Part shown: one piece after another, positions 20,916-34,780 of the stretch | How the letters are laid out: each line of letters begins with the position of its first letter | Numbering within the stretch: position 1 is the stretch's first letter | Assembly: GCF_009914755.1 (NCBI RefSeq) | Contig: NC_060928.1 | DNA from: the human T2T-CHM13v2.0 reference genome, Homo sapiens | Length of the DNA: 64,000 nucleotides | Direction: 5' to 3' (one strand) | Notes under the pieces: model-generated | Told to the model about the DNA's origin: nothing | What the model saw: the letters and a program-made list of their open reading frames with translations, nothing else | The model's database searches: none | Position numbers and translations under genes: made by a program

Positions 20916-23900
20916 ATTGTTTTTTTAATTTAATTGAGTTTTGGTCTGTAATTTTCTGTTCTAAAATCCCACAGTTTCCATAGTAAGGCATTTGAATGAG
21001 AAAAAGAAAAATTAAGTTAAACTTATTAACTTTTGAGCTGCCAATTTGAGCTATTAAAAAATTGTAAGAGCAGTGTTAAAGTTATGCATTTTAATATATC
21101 CTAGCTACTGTAATATCTGGCATCCCTGTGCATCATAAAGTCATTTATCACAACAAAACTTAAATATGCCTCTGCTTACTTGGTAATTAAAGTGCTATAT
21201 TTAATGGGACTAGGGACAGGAGATAAAAGATAAAATGTTAGTTATACAGTATCTTCCAAAGGTGAGGAATCGTAATGGAATAAATTTATGTAGCTCTCAA
21301 ACTATATAACTACATAACAAATGAAAAAATCAATTTTTAATTAATTTTTCTGTTACTTATCTGAAGTTTATTGATTTACTATTTACGTTGTTTTAAATGT
21401 TTGTTTCTATGTCTGATTTTTCTTCCTGAGAAATAGGTACACTTATCAATAATACTGGTGAAACATTTATGTACAATTTGAGCCACCTTACCTTTCCTTC
21501 TAGTTATATGAAGCTGTATATTATTACTAAAGGACTTCCACTTTAAAAGGATTAATTCATAGATTTATTAAGAACATTATTTACATGTTTATTGCCTCTG
21601 TAGAGTGATACTGTTCATTGAACAAAAAACTTTTTCTATATCCTCACTTTTTTTTTTTTGCCATGCACATGCTATAGTTTATTTTTAATACAGATTCTCA
21701 ACTTGTGTGAACTTTACTACATAATCTAAGGAAATTTTAACCAAACTCAAATAATCGAAAGAGGCAGAAGAAAAACATACTTGCCAGATAGGAAAATAGG
21801 CACATTGGAGTAAAAACTACGTAAAAGTAATTTCTACCAAAATCAAGCAGTATCCTAATATATGTTGACATACTAGATTATTAAAATTATGTGTGGAATC
21901 GTCATATTCACAATTAGAAGAGTAGTTGGGCCTAGGTGCAAAAAAAATATGTGAAAGGTTGTATATTGCCTTATCTAGAAAATGATATTTAGTCGTCGTG
22001 AAGAAAAATGATATTAGTTCTAATGTATATTGGAATGTAATTATATCAGCTATTCAAATTGAGTATATTTTTATTTTAGAAATAAATAATGGCTCATAAT
22101 AATTTTACTCTTAAAGACGTTTCTACTATTAAAAAAATCTATGTTCCCCCATCATTCTATTAATAAATAGGCAGCACTTATCATGTCAAAGTATCAATCT
22201 TCTCTCTGGTTCTGTAGCCTCTACCTAGTTAGTATGTAAATGTGTATCAGGGACATTCTAGTTCCCTTTCTTTTTTTCTTTTCACATATCTTCTTGCAAA
22301 ATTAGGATAAAGGAGTGAGCTTCTCTGGTGTCTAGTGAAACATTTACATGTTTTACATGCTGTTCTCAGTCAGATTCCTTAATCCCAGCTTCAGCTGACG
22401 TTTCCGTTCCTCAACAGTTCACTGATCAGTAATTTATTTCCAGACTTAAACAGGAAAATTATCAGTGAAATATTATAATCAAAGTCAGACTTAGCATTCT
22501 ACATAGTTTAATATAAAATTTTAAAAAAGTCATTACGCAGTGAGATTAATATATGATAAGAAGCTTGGTGTTACTTTTTAAAATTTATGTAATTTGCTAT
22601 TCTTAACTCCAAAATACTAGAGTTAAGTATTAGATAATCTAGATAATCTAGATAGTGTTAGACAAACCAGAGTGTTCATAATTTTGAAAAATTATTTTAT
22701 TTTATATATGCAGATAACATATACACAAATATATATAAATCAATATGTAACAGAATACTATCAGGAATTTAAAAACTAAAACTTGCTCAAGAGCTCAAAT
22801 CACTTGTGATATTAATAGAAGTAACAATCAAGTATGTTCATTAAATAAATATTCTTTTGATTTAAAAAATGTTTTTCCAGACTGTGCATGGATTCGAGTT
22901 TCTTTTCTACAGACTAATAATATACTTTTGTTTTTCAAATTGATCCTCTTTTAAAATTTTTTTATTATTTTTTCTTTTTTTAAAATATTATTTAAAAAAT
23001 AAAGTGGCCTACTAGGCACTGTCATTCCACACCCAGCTCCATGCCAGTGAGCTGGGGAGCTTCTTAGCCATTTAAAGTTTGAGAATAGGTTGAGATTGCT
23101 TTGGCCCTGTTTTAAAATATCTGATAGATATGTTACTATGTTTAGAAAAACATTAAAATGCTATTTTTGTTTATGTGTTTTTCTGTGTAGTGCTATATAT
23201 ATCAGCATTAATATCAAATAGTATTCTGTAGTGCTTGAAAATTCTTATGCTTTGCTTAAGAAACTGAATGACCTTTCTTGATCATAATCAGATAATATTT
23301 GTAATCTTGTCAATCTAAGGAAGACAATGAAATTTGAACTTGTCCTTTGAAATCTTGGTATTATAGGATTAGTAAGCAAACAACTCTTTGTTGACTAGGA
23401 CAAGTGTGTTCCAATATAGAGCAAGTAATAACGTATTTGTCAATAGTATCTGCAGTTGATTTACACTGCATTTGGTTACCTTGGTTTCATTAATTACAGT
23501 CATTTGTTCTGGATTTGTCTAAGGTGGTAAATAATAAGTGGTTTTTAGTAATATGGACTACCAGAGTGTCATTGAGGAATACCTTTAGGAAGTCATTTCC
23601 TAGAAACCTCGGAAAATATGCTTTTAGCTGCTAATGAAATTGTGTTTTATTCTTGTTTTTTACTGATTTTCCTCTGTGTATGCCACATTTCTGTTGAATT
23701 TCACTTTCTGCTTCATATTCAAATTTCATAATCTAAATATCATTTTTGGTGCTTGGCATATTTCTTATGTTATTTGTTTTTAAGGAAAAAAGTCAAATAT
23801 TTATCATTGTTAGGGATCATGGATTTTAAAGCTTTTACACCTTGTTGTTTTATCTGTTATGAACTTCACAAGAGATTTTTTAAAAGATGTCTACTATTTT

Positions 23901-24217
23901 TATTCACCATTTCCCAGTTATTTAAATTGTTTAGAGCCAATATTTTGCCCAATACCCTAAGTAGTTTAGAAACATTTATCTCAGAGGCCTCTTTGCCAGA
24001 AGAGTCTTATCTTTTACATTTGCAGATCATTTTCCCTTTTTAAAGTGATGAACAAAAATGAGACAAAATAATATTTGGTTCCTGTCAGGATAAGCCAGGA
24101 AAAATTTGTTAAGACAACTTCACTTGTCACCCTTTATGCTACCTGTAATCTTACACTGCTAAGTAACTGGTCATGTTGGTGAAGACTACATCCGTAGTTT
24201 CTGTTTTCTGCTTACAG

Positions 24218-24523
24218 GTATGGATCTCTTCTCCAATTGCACTGAGGAATGTAAAGCTCTGGGCCACTCAGATCGGTGCTGGATGCCTTCTTTTGTCCCT
24301 TCTGATGGACGCCAGGCTGCTGATTATCGCAGCAATCTGCATGTTCCTGGCATGGACTCTGTTCCAGACACTGAGGTGTTTGAAACTCCAGAAGCCCAGC
24401 CTGGGGCAGAGCGGTCCTTTTCCACCTTTGGCAAAGAGAAGGCCCTTCACAGCACTCTGGAGAGGAAGGAGCTGGATGGACTGCTGACTAATACGCGAGC
24501 GCCTTACAAACCACCATATTTGA
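24218..24523 (+). CDS. PCDH10: PCDH10 coding exon 4 (306 nt; CM2 motif CTEECKALGHSDRCWMP and WIRS motif FSTFGK at 24418-24435)
   Basis: tttctgcttacag acceptor ending 24217; donor TGA|GTAAGT after 24523; translation matches ORF 24220..24573 up to KPPYL. Confidence 0.96.
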
Positions 24524-26177
24524 GTAAGTATTACACAAAGGGCTCTGTTAAAGTGTTCCCTTTGAGGAGATAAAGTTCAACATTCCACTCTTTTTGGTAA
24601 AAATGGAGTTCAGGTTTTTTTAAGAAATAAAGATAAAAGTGACTGGATGCTGGCAGCACTTTAGGGCAATATTCTTTATTTAAAATAATAGATTCCTCTA
24701 ACATTGAGACATTAATAATTGCACTGAGCTCTTTCAAAATATAGGACTATATTCTCCAAATTGATTATTTTATATAATCATTGCAAACAATAAAAATGCT
24801 TTGAGATTCCATAATATATTTCCTTTGAGGATCTTGGTAATGAGAAATAGAAATATTTTTCTTTTAGTTAATGGATAAATATTACTGGCAATTCAATATC
24901 TTGGTCAAACTACATAAATAATGTTTGATAAAGATAAAACTCATAACAACTCAATCAAAAGATGACTTACATAGCAGATCCATCCTACGTAATGTTTTAT
25001 TTCATCTACTACAAAAATAACTGTGGAACTTATAAGCTAGAACGAAAGATGAGACAGATTGTAGATATGTCATTTCTTTTATGACTGATGAAATTGAAAA
25101 GTAAAAGAGTTTTTAAAAACTTAAAGGAAAAAAACAGAGGAATATTTATTTTAGCCTTTATGAAGTATAACGTGAAAAGCAAAGATTGAATGCATTGAGG
25201 TTGTGGCTATTAACCTGGACATAGATAAAGCAAATAGACAAGTGTTATATGCTTAAAGGAATGGTCTTTTATTAGATGCATACATTGTAGTGACAACAAT
25301 AGGTGGTGTTTTATGAAGGATTGTTTTCAGCTTTTCAAATTACTCAGAACCACAAATACCCCAGCATGATGTACCACTTTAGCACTTCAGAACCAAAAAA
25401 TCATTTGTTTTGCTTTATTTTTTTAAAGTTATACAAAGAGAGAACAAATACTTAAAGACAGGAAATATTGAGATGTCTAAAATGCAATTTGGATGCTAAT
25501 GTCTTAAGTTTAACTCACAAATCCACACATGCTAGTGAATTAAAATAGCCTAAAATCAAACTTTAATAAGTGAGGAACATGATGCGATCTTTGCCTCTGA
25601 AATTGAATTCTGGATTCAAAATTTTATTTATTATTAAAAGTAAAACTTTTCCAAATTTTAAACAGCATATTTAACTACTGTTTCACTTAAACTAAGAATG
25701 TACATTATAGAAATACATTATTAATCATTTCAAGGCAAAAAGTGAAGGGTATATGATTCAGATTAATAAAAATTTGCATTTCTAAATAAATACAAATATT
25801 TGCTTTTACCATATAATAACAGGTAAATCTACTTCAAATATAGTGGGAAAATCAACTTGCCCTCTTTTGCTCTTAGTGAGTACTAATCTTGGTGAAATTA
25901 CACTTACACATAGACCTGGAATTTTTAACATTTACAGATGTCTTTTCTTTACTGACTGGATTTTTTTATTAATAAGACTAATGGAAACAATTTTTATTAT
26001 TAAAATATTAATGCTGCATATATTTTAATGCAAATTTTTCTATTTCTTAAGAATCTGGTCTTTCATTTAGAAATCTGATTCAGGGATTATGAAATTTATT
26101 AACAGTTATGTGTGTTGCTAAAAATCAAAAGAATGCATCTATTATTTCACCAGGAAAATTTTAATTATTTGCTCATT

Positions 26178-26352
26178 TTATATATATATTCATATATATA
26201 CACATATATTCATTATATACATATATTCATATATATACACATATATTCATATATATGTGTATATATATGCACTAACACATTCCAACATATATTCATATAT
26301 ATACACATATATATATACATACATATATTCATATATATATGAATATACATAT
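26178..26352. repeat. (TA)-rich repeat (atatattcat-type units)
   Basis: Direct reading. Confidence 0.9.
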
Positions 26353-29300
26353 GTTGGAATGAGTTAGTTTTTAATTGTAGTTTTTTTCCCTAATCTGTTT
26401 TAGCCAGTTCACACGGCTCAAAATTTAGGGTTTGGGTTGACGTGTGACCTGTGGTGGAAAATTTGCAGAAGAATAGCTATTTTGTTGTTTTCACTTCTGC
26501 TCTTCTTAGTTCTTCATACGACTTTAATCATGTCTAGACTGGTTTTTTTTTTTAATTTAACTTTTAGTATTTAATGTCATCTTAGAGTCATCCAATTATA
26601 TTTAAAATTACACCATGACTCTGACTTAATAATCATAAAAAATTTATAGTTAGTCTGATAATACAAACTCTAAAACAAAACTATTCCTGACCATTTTGCC
26701 CCTCAAATTCATATGGTGATAGTTTTTGATACTTGTGTCCTTTTTCATTCAGAATAGAAATAGTGTCATCTTCTAAGTCTAAAGTAAGTCCCTTGCATAA
26801 TTAAAAAAGCTAAAAATTGACACTACTTGCTTTTAATCAGAATGTTTGAATAATTATTAAAGTTGTAGAGTTTTTTTGCTAAATATGCAGTTTCATAATG
26901 AATATAATGTACATTTTGATGTTAGGAAAAATAGCAGTATATTTAGTTATGTTTTTGTAAAGCTCTAAAAAGCCTAATGAGACTGTCACTGTCATTTATA
27001 CAATAATGACAAGGAAATGACGATATGCTTAAAAATACAAAAGAGATCAATGTCAGTACAAATAACTTTTGATTTCTATACCTCCGATTGCTAAAGTTAA
27101 AACTAAAAACTGCAAGAAAACAACTTTTACACAAAAATAGATGGATGCAAACATTAAATAATGTACTTCATGTTCTTAAAAATATGCTTACACTTACATT
27201 TCTTTTTATTTTAATGTATTAACAAAAGACCCATGAAGAGTATACATGATGTATTTAATAAAAGGAGACTTTTTAAAAATCAGGAATAATTTTGAACACA
27301 TCATTCAATACTTGCTGAGTTATTCATGAGCACTTTCTGAGCTTGCTTTCTCTTATTTTTCCTATAATGTTGTAGTTTGCTAAGTTGATATGGAGCAAAG
27401 GGATACACTCAAAGATTGAGTAAATAAATTTAAACAGGTAGAACATGGCCATATATTCAGAAATGCCGTATTTAGATTTACCTTAAATGTTAATGAATTT
27501 CAGTTTTACTTTACCTTTAATTTTCATTAGCATAATTAAAAACACAAAAATACCATTTCATTTTTAATTAAAATTAATAATTGCCTACAGCACTTTAAAT
27601 AATCATGTTAAAATGAAAGAAAATATTTTCTGGAGTTTTAAAATAACATTGCATTTTTATCATGAACATTTTAAGGATTTGTTTAGAATCAGACATCTTA
27701 TTTTAAATGATTCAGTCTTTCAAATGGCACAGTAAGTTATGTGTAAAACCATCTGGATAATCTCCATAAATAAAAATATAAAATGAATATAAAGTCAAGA
27801 ATGTAATTGACAAAAGTTATATTATTAGTATAATTTCAGAAAACCCTACTAGTTAAAACACTTTAATATTTTTGTAGTCATTCCTGCTTATGATTTTGGC
27901 TTTATACTTTGAACACCATCTCTTAAGATTTTTGTCAGTAAATGAACATGAAATTCAGTTCCTATCAGCTTAAACTATACAGTAATAAAGGCGTAAGTAT
28001 GTGTTATTTGGATACTTGTTGATTTCTTGCCAATAAACATAATCAATTCCTAAAAATTGAAGACAATCATAAGAAACTCAATACAATTACATCAAAATAT
28101 ACTTGTGAAAATATTTCTTTGTCATACAATGATAAATTGAACTGAATAAAGTGAAAAAAAGCTGCATGATAATGACTGAATTTCTAAATCAATGGAGCTT
28201 TCTAGAGTCTAAAGGGAACCATTTATTTTCATGGCCCATCTTGCCTTCATATTATACAACATTTAGACTAGTCCAAGTATACTAAAAATCATTCTGGTTG
28301 TCTCCTGACCTAATTTTATTTTTGCCAACTTGTTAATCTTATTGAAATTTCAACTTGACGCACCCATATGATGATTAAAAAAATAAATTTCTAAAACAGT
28401 GCATTTAAAATACTGCTAAAACTTATCTAGACCTTTTATCAATAAACTTTATTTGAGGGAAATTTTTAGACATCTATATTATGTCTATGTGCACTTCAAG
28501 TTTTTAGTTGATTGAAATTGTAGAACATGTTTTGTTTAGTAACATTTCTTCCAATCCCTTCATTATCTCAGCCTGCCTTCTGTGAGTTTTCATAATTTGT
28601 TGAACTCAGTAGTGCAGTAAGAGCGTACATAGAATTCAAAATAAAATGACTTTTCTTATAGATACACATTACCTTCATACTTATGTACCTCTGTATAGTG
28701 TTTTCTCTAGGATTTGTGTTTTCCTCTAATGTCTTAAATATACTCTCACTATCCAATGTCAAAGTCCAAAAATAAATATTTTTATAGAAGGCCTTGCTTT
28801 CATATAGGCCCATACACCGCTAAATGAATGGACCTCTCTTGTAGGATTTTTTCTTTTTAACTTGATATGTTAATTTCTGATTAGTTCTCTTCCATGTTGT
28901 GCTACTATGTGTACTCTGTTTCTGAGGGTGGGTTTTTTGTTGTTCCTGTTCTTTTACTCTTTTATATACATACAGATTGGTGAACCTAATTTTCTCACTT
29001 TTTCAGTTTATTTCTTTGGGACAGTTTTATGGCCTTAGAAATATACTAGTCATTATATTTTTTTCATTAAATTCCTTTATCCAGGAATTATGAATAAATC
29101 TGGCATTATCAAAAAGTTTAGTCACTTCAACTCCATGAATAGGAAACAAATGGTAACTTGACATCAGAAAAAAAATTGAACCCTGTTCATTTTCTCTATC
29201 TGAATTTTATTATATTTTATGCTACTTATTTTAAAAATATTACTTATTTTATTGTATTTGGTGAATTTTATTTTATTCTACTTCTCTGAAAAAATGGTCA

Positions 29301-31868
29301 TCTATTCATAGTTCGTGTTATTCCTCCAGTTAACTAACTGATGCAGCAGTTGATGGGAACTTCTCTGTAACACTAGATACATGAGATATTATAATATTTT
29401 TTCTTTTTCTTTAGTTGTTGTATAGTCGTCTATCTCAGCTAGTAGAATTTAAAGTGAAAGGTATAAAAATCTGAGGTGCAGATATGAAACACAGCAGTTG
29501 TTTTATATATAAATATCTGGTCACTTCTGTAAGCAATTTTTTTTTTACTTACTCAGACATCAGTACTTCCCTGTGACTTATTTCAAGTCATTTAAAATTT
29601 GTGCCTGTGGGTAATTTGGAACTAGTTTCATCCAATAAATTTCTATTCCCCCAGTTAAAGAACAATTTCATAGTTTCTTTTATCAATATATTTATCTTTA
29701 TAATTATCTGTAATATTTAAAAGTGCCATTTTAATGACTTCAAATTGAATTGACTTTATTTTGACAATTTGACCTGTGGTTCACCCCAACCTTTATATTC
29801 TAAATATTCAAAACTTACACAATTATAAGTACTATGTTTTGCAACTGCTTTCTCACCATTTATTAACTTTGCTAAAATCTGCTCCAGCTCTACTACGATT
29901 TTTCTTCCCAATACAATTACTCCCTTGGCATATTTAGACTCATTATCCAGCTATGCATATTATAAATGCTAAATAATTATGTGATGAAAAATGAATTAAT
30001 GGGCATTTTTAAAGTATGCAAAATTTCATTAATGTTGTCATTATTTATTCATTCATTTATGCACACACTCAGTTGTTGATACCTCCAAGCAAACTTTATT
30101 CTTTTCTTCTAATTTTTAAAAAATGTTTTAATTAGTTATACTCTTTTTTAGCTACACCTACAGATTTTTACATAGGGAAGTAGAATTTAAATTAATTCAA
30201 GCTATTGAAATGCACCCAACTAGGGCGTTTGTGTAAAATATCATGGAGTGTTTCAGGACTTTGAGATGTTAAATTTCTTTTGATTTGTTCTAAGAACTTA
30301 TTTCATATCCTAAGGCAGAGTTAAATTGTTTCATATTTCTTAACCCTTTTAGAATTTTAATTACACCCCATTCTTCCCCATCTGCAGTACCATCTTTCTT
30401 TTGTCTACTAGCAGCTTAATATGTTAGCTCTCATCTTTCATCTTTTTATAAAGCTAATAGTTTTATATTTTCCTCTAGTTTAGTCACTTTTTTCTTTATT
30501 TAATTCCTATGTAGGATTTATTTATTTGCATTTTAAAATTACATTTTTGAGTTCACAGATATATGGTTAAGTAAAATATTGTCATTTAAGGGCATATAGA
30601 GAAAACATAATCGATCAAAGTTAATTACACCACTTTTATTCAATACTTTATAGTTCTTTAGTATGACTCTTCAACTGTTTTTCAAAGCAGTTTATCTCAC
30701 GCATATTTAGGACTTCTTAGAATTAACATTTAGCGTATTAACATTATTTATATACCTCATTTTATATTACATATCGTTTTCATCCTCTTTCTTATTTTGT
30801 ACATTGATGTAAAACTGTGTAAGCATTTGTCCATCATATGAGCTTAACAAAATAAGACTATCAATTAAAATATAAATAGAATTATTCAATGAAAAGAAAT
30901 ATCTACTTGGGAATTTTTTCCTGCCTCATCATACTGAAGATTTATGAGTCAAAATTTGAATGTGTTAAGTTATAAAGATATTGTAAATAAGTCTGGAATC
31001 TACAAATTCATTTGCCTATAAATATCATTAAACATTATTCAGTACTCAATGTGCCAGACATTTTTTGGGTGAGTCTTCGTCATCTTCAATCCTTTTAATA
31101 GAAATTAGATCATGTCATTTAGATAATATAGATTAGAAACTGTTTCGAACACTGAGATTCACTGTTCAAGTTTAAATAATATTACTGAATTAAGATTAAA
31201 CTCAGCATAATGTGAGTCATTTTAATGTTTCCTGGAGTGTAACAAAATATTTTAGGTTTGTATTGAGTTTCAATAAGACTTCCTAGTCACCGTAAAGCTT
31301 GACCTACTTCAATTTAGGTGAGGAGAGTGTAGGAAATTCAAAAACCTTGTCTCCCAAAACGTAATTACATACCAAAAGACATAGATAAAAACAAATTATA
31401 AGCTAGAAATGTTGCAGATAAAAATTAGGATTTTATTTATGATTCTATAACTCGTACCTTATATAGCATCATGTATATACATTATGTATGGTAATAGCAA
31501 GGCACTTACCCATATTCTTTCTCTTAGAGATACAGTTCTTTTGACTGTATGAAGAGACAATATTTGAAATTAACTTTGGTAAAGTGTCTATATATATATA
31601 CACTGTTACACAATACAGTGTTAGTTTAAATTATCAATGATAACTTTAAGTCATTCAACAAGGGATTATAAATACATTTTATATGCTCTGGTTTCGTGAT
31701 TCAGTGGTATGGATACACTCACATACATTTACATCCCATATAGAATCATTAAATTTTTAATCAGTTAAATTTAATTTTTAATTATATCTATCGAACAGAC
31801 TTTGATTATGTGCAACATAGGAGTCAATGTATTTAACTAATGGCTACTTTATTATCAGAAGCTGTTAA

Positions 31869-32215
<347 letters not shown>

Positions 32216-33254
32216 TAGTCTATTTTTTTTTTAAGGTATTGATTGTTAAGTTTACAGTGCTTAAGTATAGCAAAAAAAAAAACTATGACACTGTAGATGA
32301 AACAGGTTTCTGGTTCTAGTGTTTATGTATTATGAGAAAGGCAGTATTTTTAACTGCTAGTAAAAATGTTGTAGTCAGTAGGACGTTTTCCCCACCTTAA
32401 GATTGGCCTGAATCTTACACTAGATTCCAATATTACCTGTGTTTGATATTCATCATATATTTTACACAAACTAGAAAATTAGCTTTAATTTATCACCAAG
32501 TGTTTTAAGGCTCATCTATATGTCAGTCACTATATTTGGGCTGAAAATTACCACTTTATTCCATAAAAACATATTTTAAAATGTTTTCATCATATTTTTC
32601 AACTAAGTTTCTTTAAACAAGACATAAGCATAGAAGTAACACATAACTAAAATCAATATTAAATACATATTTTCTGGATTAAATTCTGAATCACCTTGGA
32701 TACAGAAATAGTCAAGATAGAGGTGCTCTCCTCTTCTAACAAAACATATGGGTTTGTTTCTTAAAGTGCAACATGTAGTAGAAAGTTCTGAGTCAACAAT
32801 GGCAACAGTAGACAAAATAGATATAATAAATTTGTCATGATGATATATACCTGATGGTGTATGTAAGCTTAAATGTTTCACAGGTAGATTTAATTTGAAT
32901 GGTAGGAATAAGTCTATAGATAAGAGAGTTAATGTTACAGCTTGGCAGTTGCCAGACATTGTATACTTAGAAAATGTATAGAAAACTTGAGGCTGACCTG
33001 AAAAATTAGGATAAAATTCTTGTATATTATTTTCACCATTAATAACCTAGTTCTGATTCCAGAATTAATTGCCTTGTTAGTCACTAGTAGTACAGATTTT
33101 AGGTCTATTTTCTTTAGAAATGCATATCAGATGATTACATTAGAGGCCATAAAATAGCTTTATCCTGATTCTTTACTTACCTCAATCTTTTTATTAAAAA
33201 AAAGTGGTAACAGAGGACAATATTATACAGAATCTGGAGCCTTCTCATAAGTAA

Positions 33255-33960
33255 TATTTTAAAATATTTTTTAAATGATGAATACTTTCAAGCATACAAC
33301 AGTAGAGAGAATAGTGTACTAAATCTTCCATGTTTTCCATCACTCAGCTTGAACATGACAACTCTTGACCAAACATGTTTCATCCAAACACTGATACAAC
33401 TGCTCCTTCGTTCAGATGTTTCAAAGCAAATCCAGAAGGATTCTACTGTTTAATCCATTAATATTTACACTTTGCTTGTAAAAGATAAAGTTTTTGACAT
33501 AACCACAAGAGCAATATTTCTTCTTAAAAATAATTTTTTTACTATCATTGGTTATCTACTTATTATTTAAATTTCCATAATTTTCTCACATATACTATTT
33601 ATATTCCCAATTGATTTGATTCATGACTGAAATCAGCTTTACAGGTAGCAGTTTTTTTATTTTAAGATTTTTTAATCAAGGTATAATATGCATATAGAAA
33701 AGTACAAAAATCATAAATGTATAACTCAAGAAATGTTTACAAAATGAGTACACCTGTATAGTTACAAAAACATTACCACATATTTGTCCAGTAGCCAAAA
33801 TATTACTACTGTAGTATGTCAAGAAATCCATTCTTCTGCCCACTTACAGTTACTACCACCCAAAGCATTACTACTATCCTAGTCTCTAACCAAAAATTAG
33901 TTTTTCTGGGGTTTCAACTTTATATAATTGGAAAAATAATGGAGTATGTTTGAGTTCCAC
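33255..33960 (-). mobile_element. Old L1 (L1M) 3' fragments
   Basis: ttttaatcaaggtataatatgcatatagaaaagtacaaaaatcataaatgtataactcaa is typical of antisense old L1 3' ends. Confidence 0.55.
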
Positions 33961-34399
33961 TAAAATTTAACAGACAGTTATTTCCTTGATAATATAGGGA
34001 AAACCATCTGCAGAGCCTAATAAATACCAGTGTGTGAGCAAAGAGACAATTTAGTTAGTATTAATTATCCAAAGTCCCATTGCCTCCTATCCTTAAACCT
34101 AGAAGTGATACATGCTTTCTTCATCATTTTGGAAAATACAGTGTTCTCCTTGGATATCATTTCTCTATCTTTGGAGTTCTCTTTATGGCTAGTCTATCAG
34201 AAATGCTTTATACTTGTCTTCATATCTTTCTTATTGATTGAAACTTAATCCTTTGTTAACTTAGTGGCTTTTATAGAAACAAATATTTAAATATACTAAC
34301 TTGAATACCATCTAATAGCAAAAGAGTAGAAAAATTGAGGTGTTTGTATTTCATTTTTCTTTGAACGCAGATTAGAAGATTGTGACAAATTGTGGACTA

Positions 34400-34780
34400 T
34401 GATGCTTAAAGGAAATTTTAAATAGAGTAAAGAGATTAACATTTTGAGAAATGGCGTATCTGAAGAGAGTTTAAATGGCTCAAGGAATTCTGAATTGAGA
34501 GGAAAAGTAAAGAGGTGACATAATAAATGTTAAGCATTTAAACAAATGCTATATAGATAAGATGGTAATCAGTTAATCTGTCTTTATGGAGAGCAGAAAA
34601 GAGGAAATGTATCTATATAGTCCTGTGAGATTTAAATTCCACATTACAGGAAATATCCTAACCTTGACATCGGTTCTTGCTCCTGAGGGATATGGAAACA
34701 TTTTACCTAGAAAGCTTTATAAACTATATACGTATGCCATCTGTGATTTGGTGAAATATCACGTTCTAGCTGTGCATTGT
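34400..34780 (+). mobile_element. CR1/L3-like ancient LINE fragment
   Basis: aagaggtgacataata...gagatttaaattccacattacaggaaatatcctaac resembles the CR1 3' region. Confidence 0.4.
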
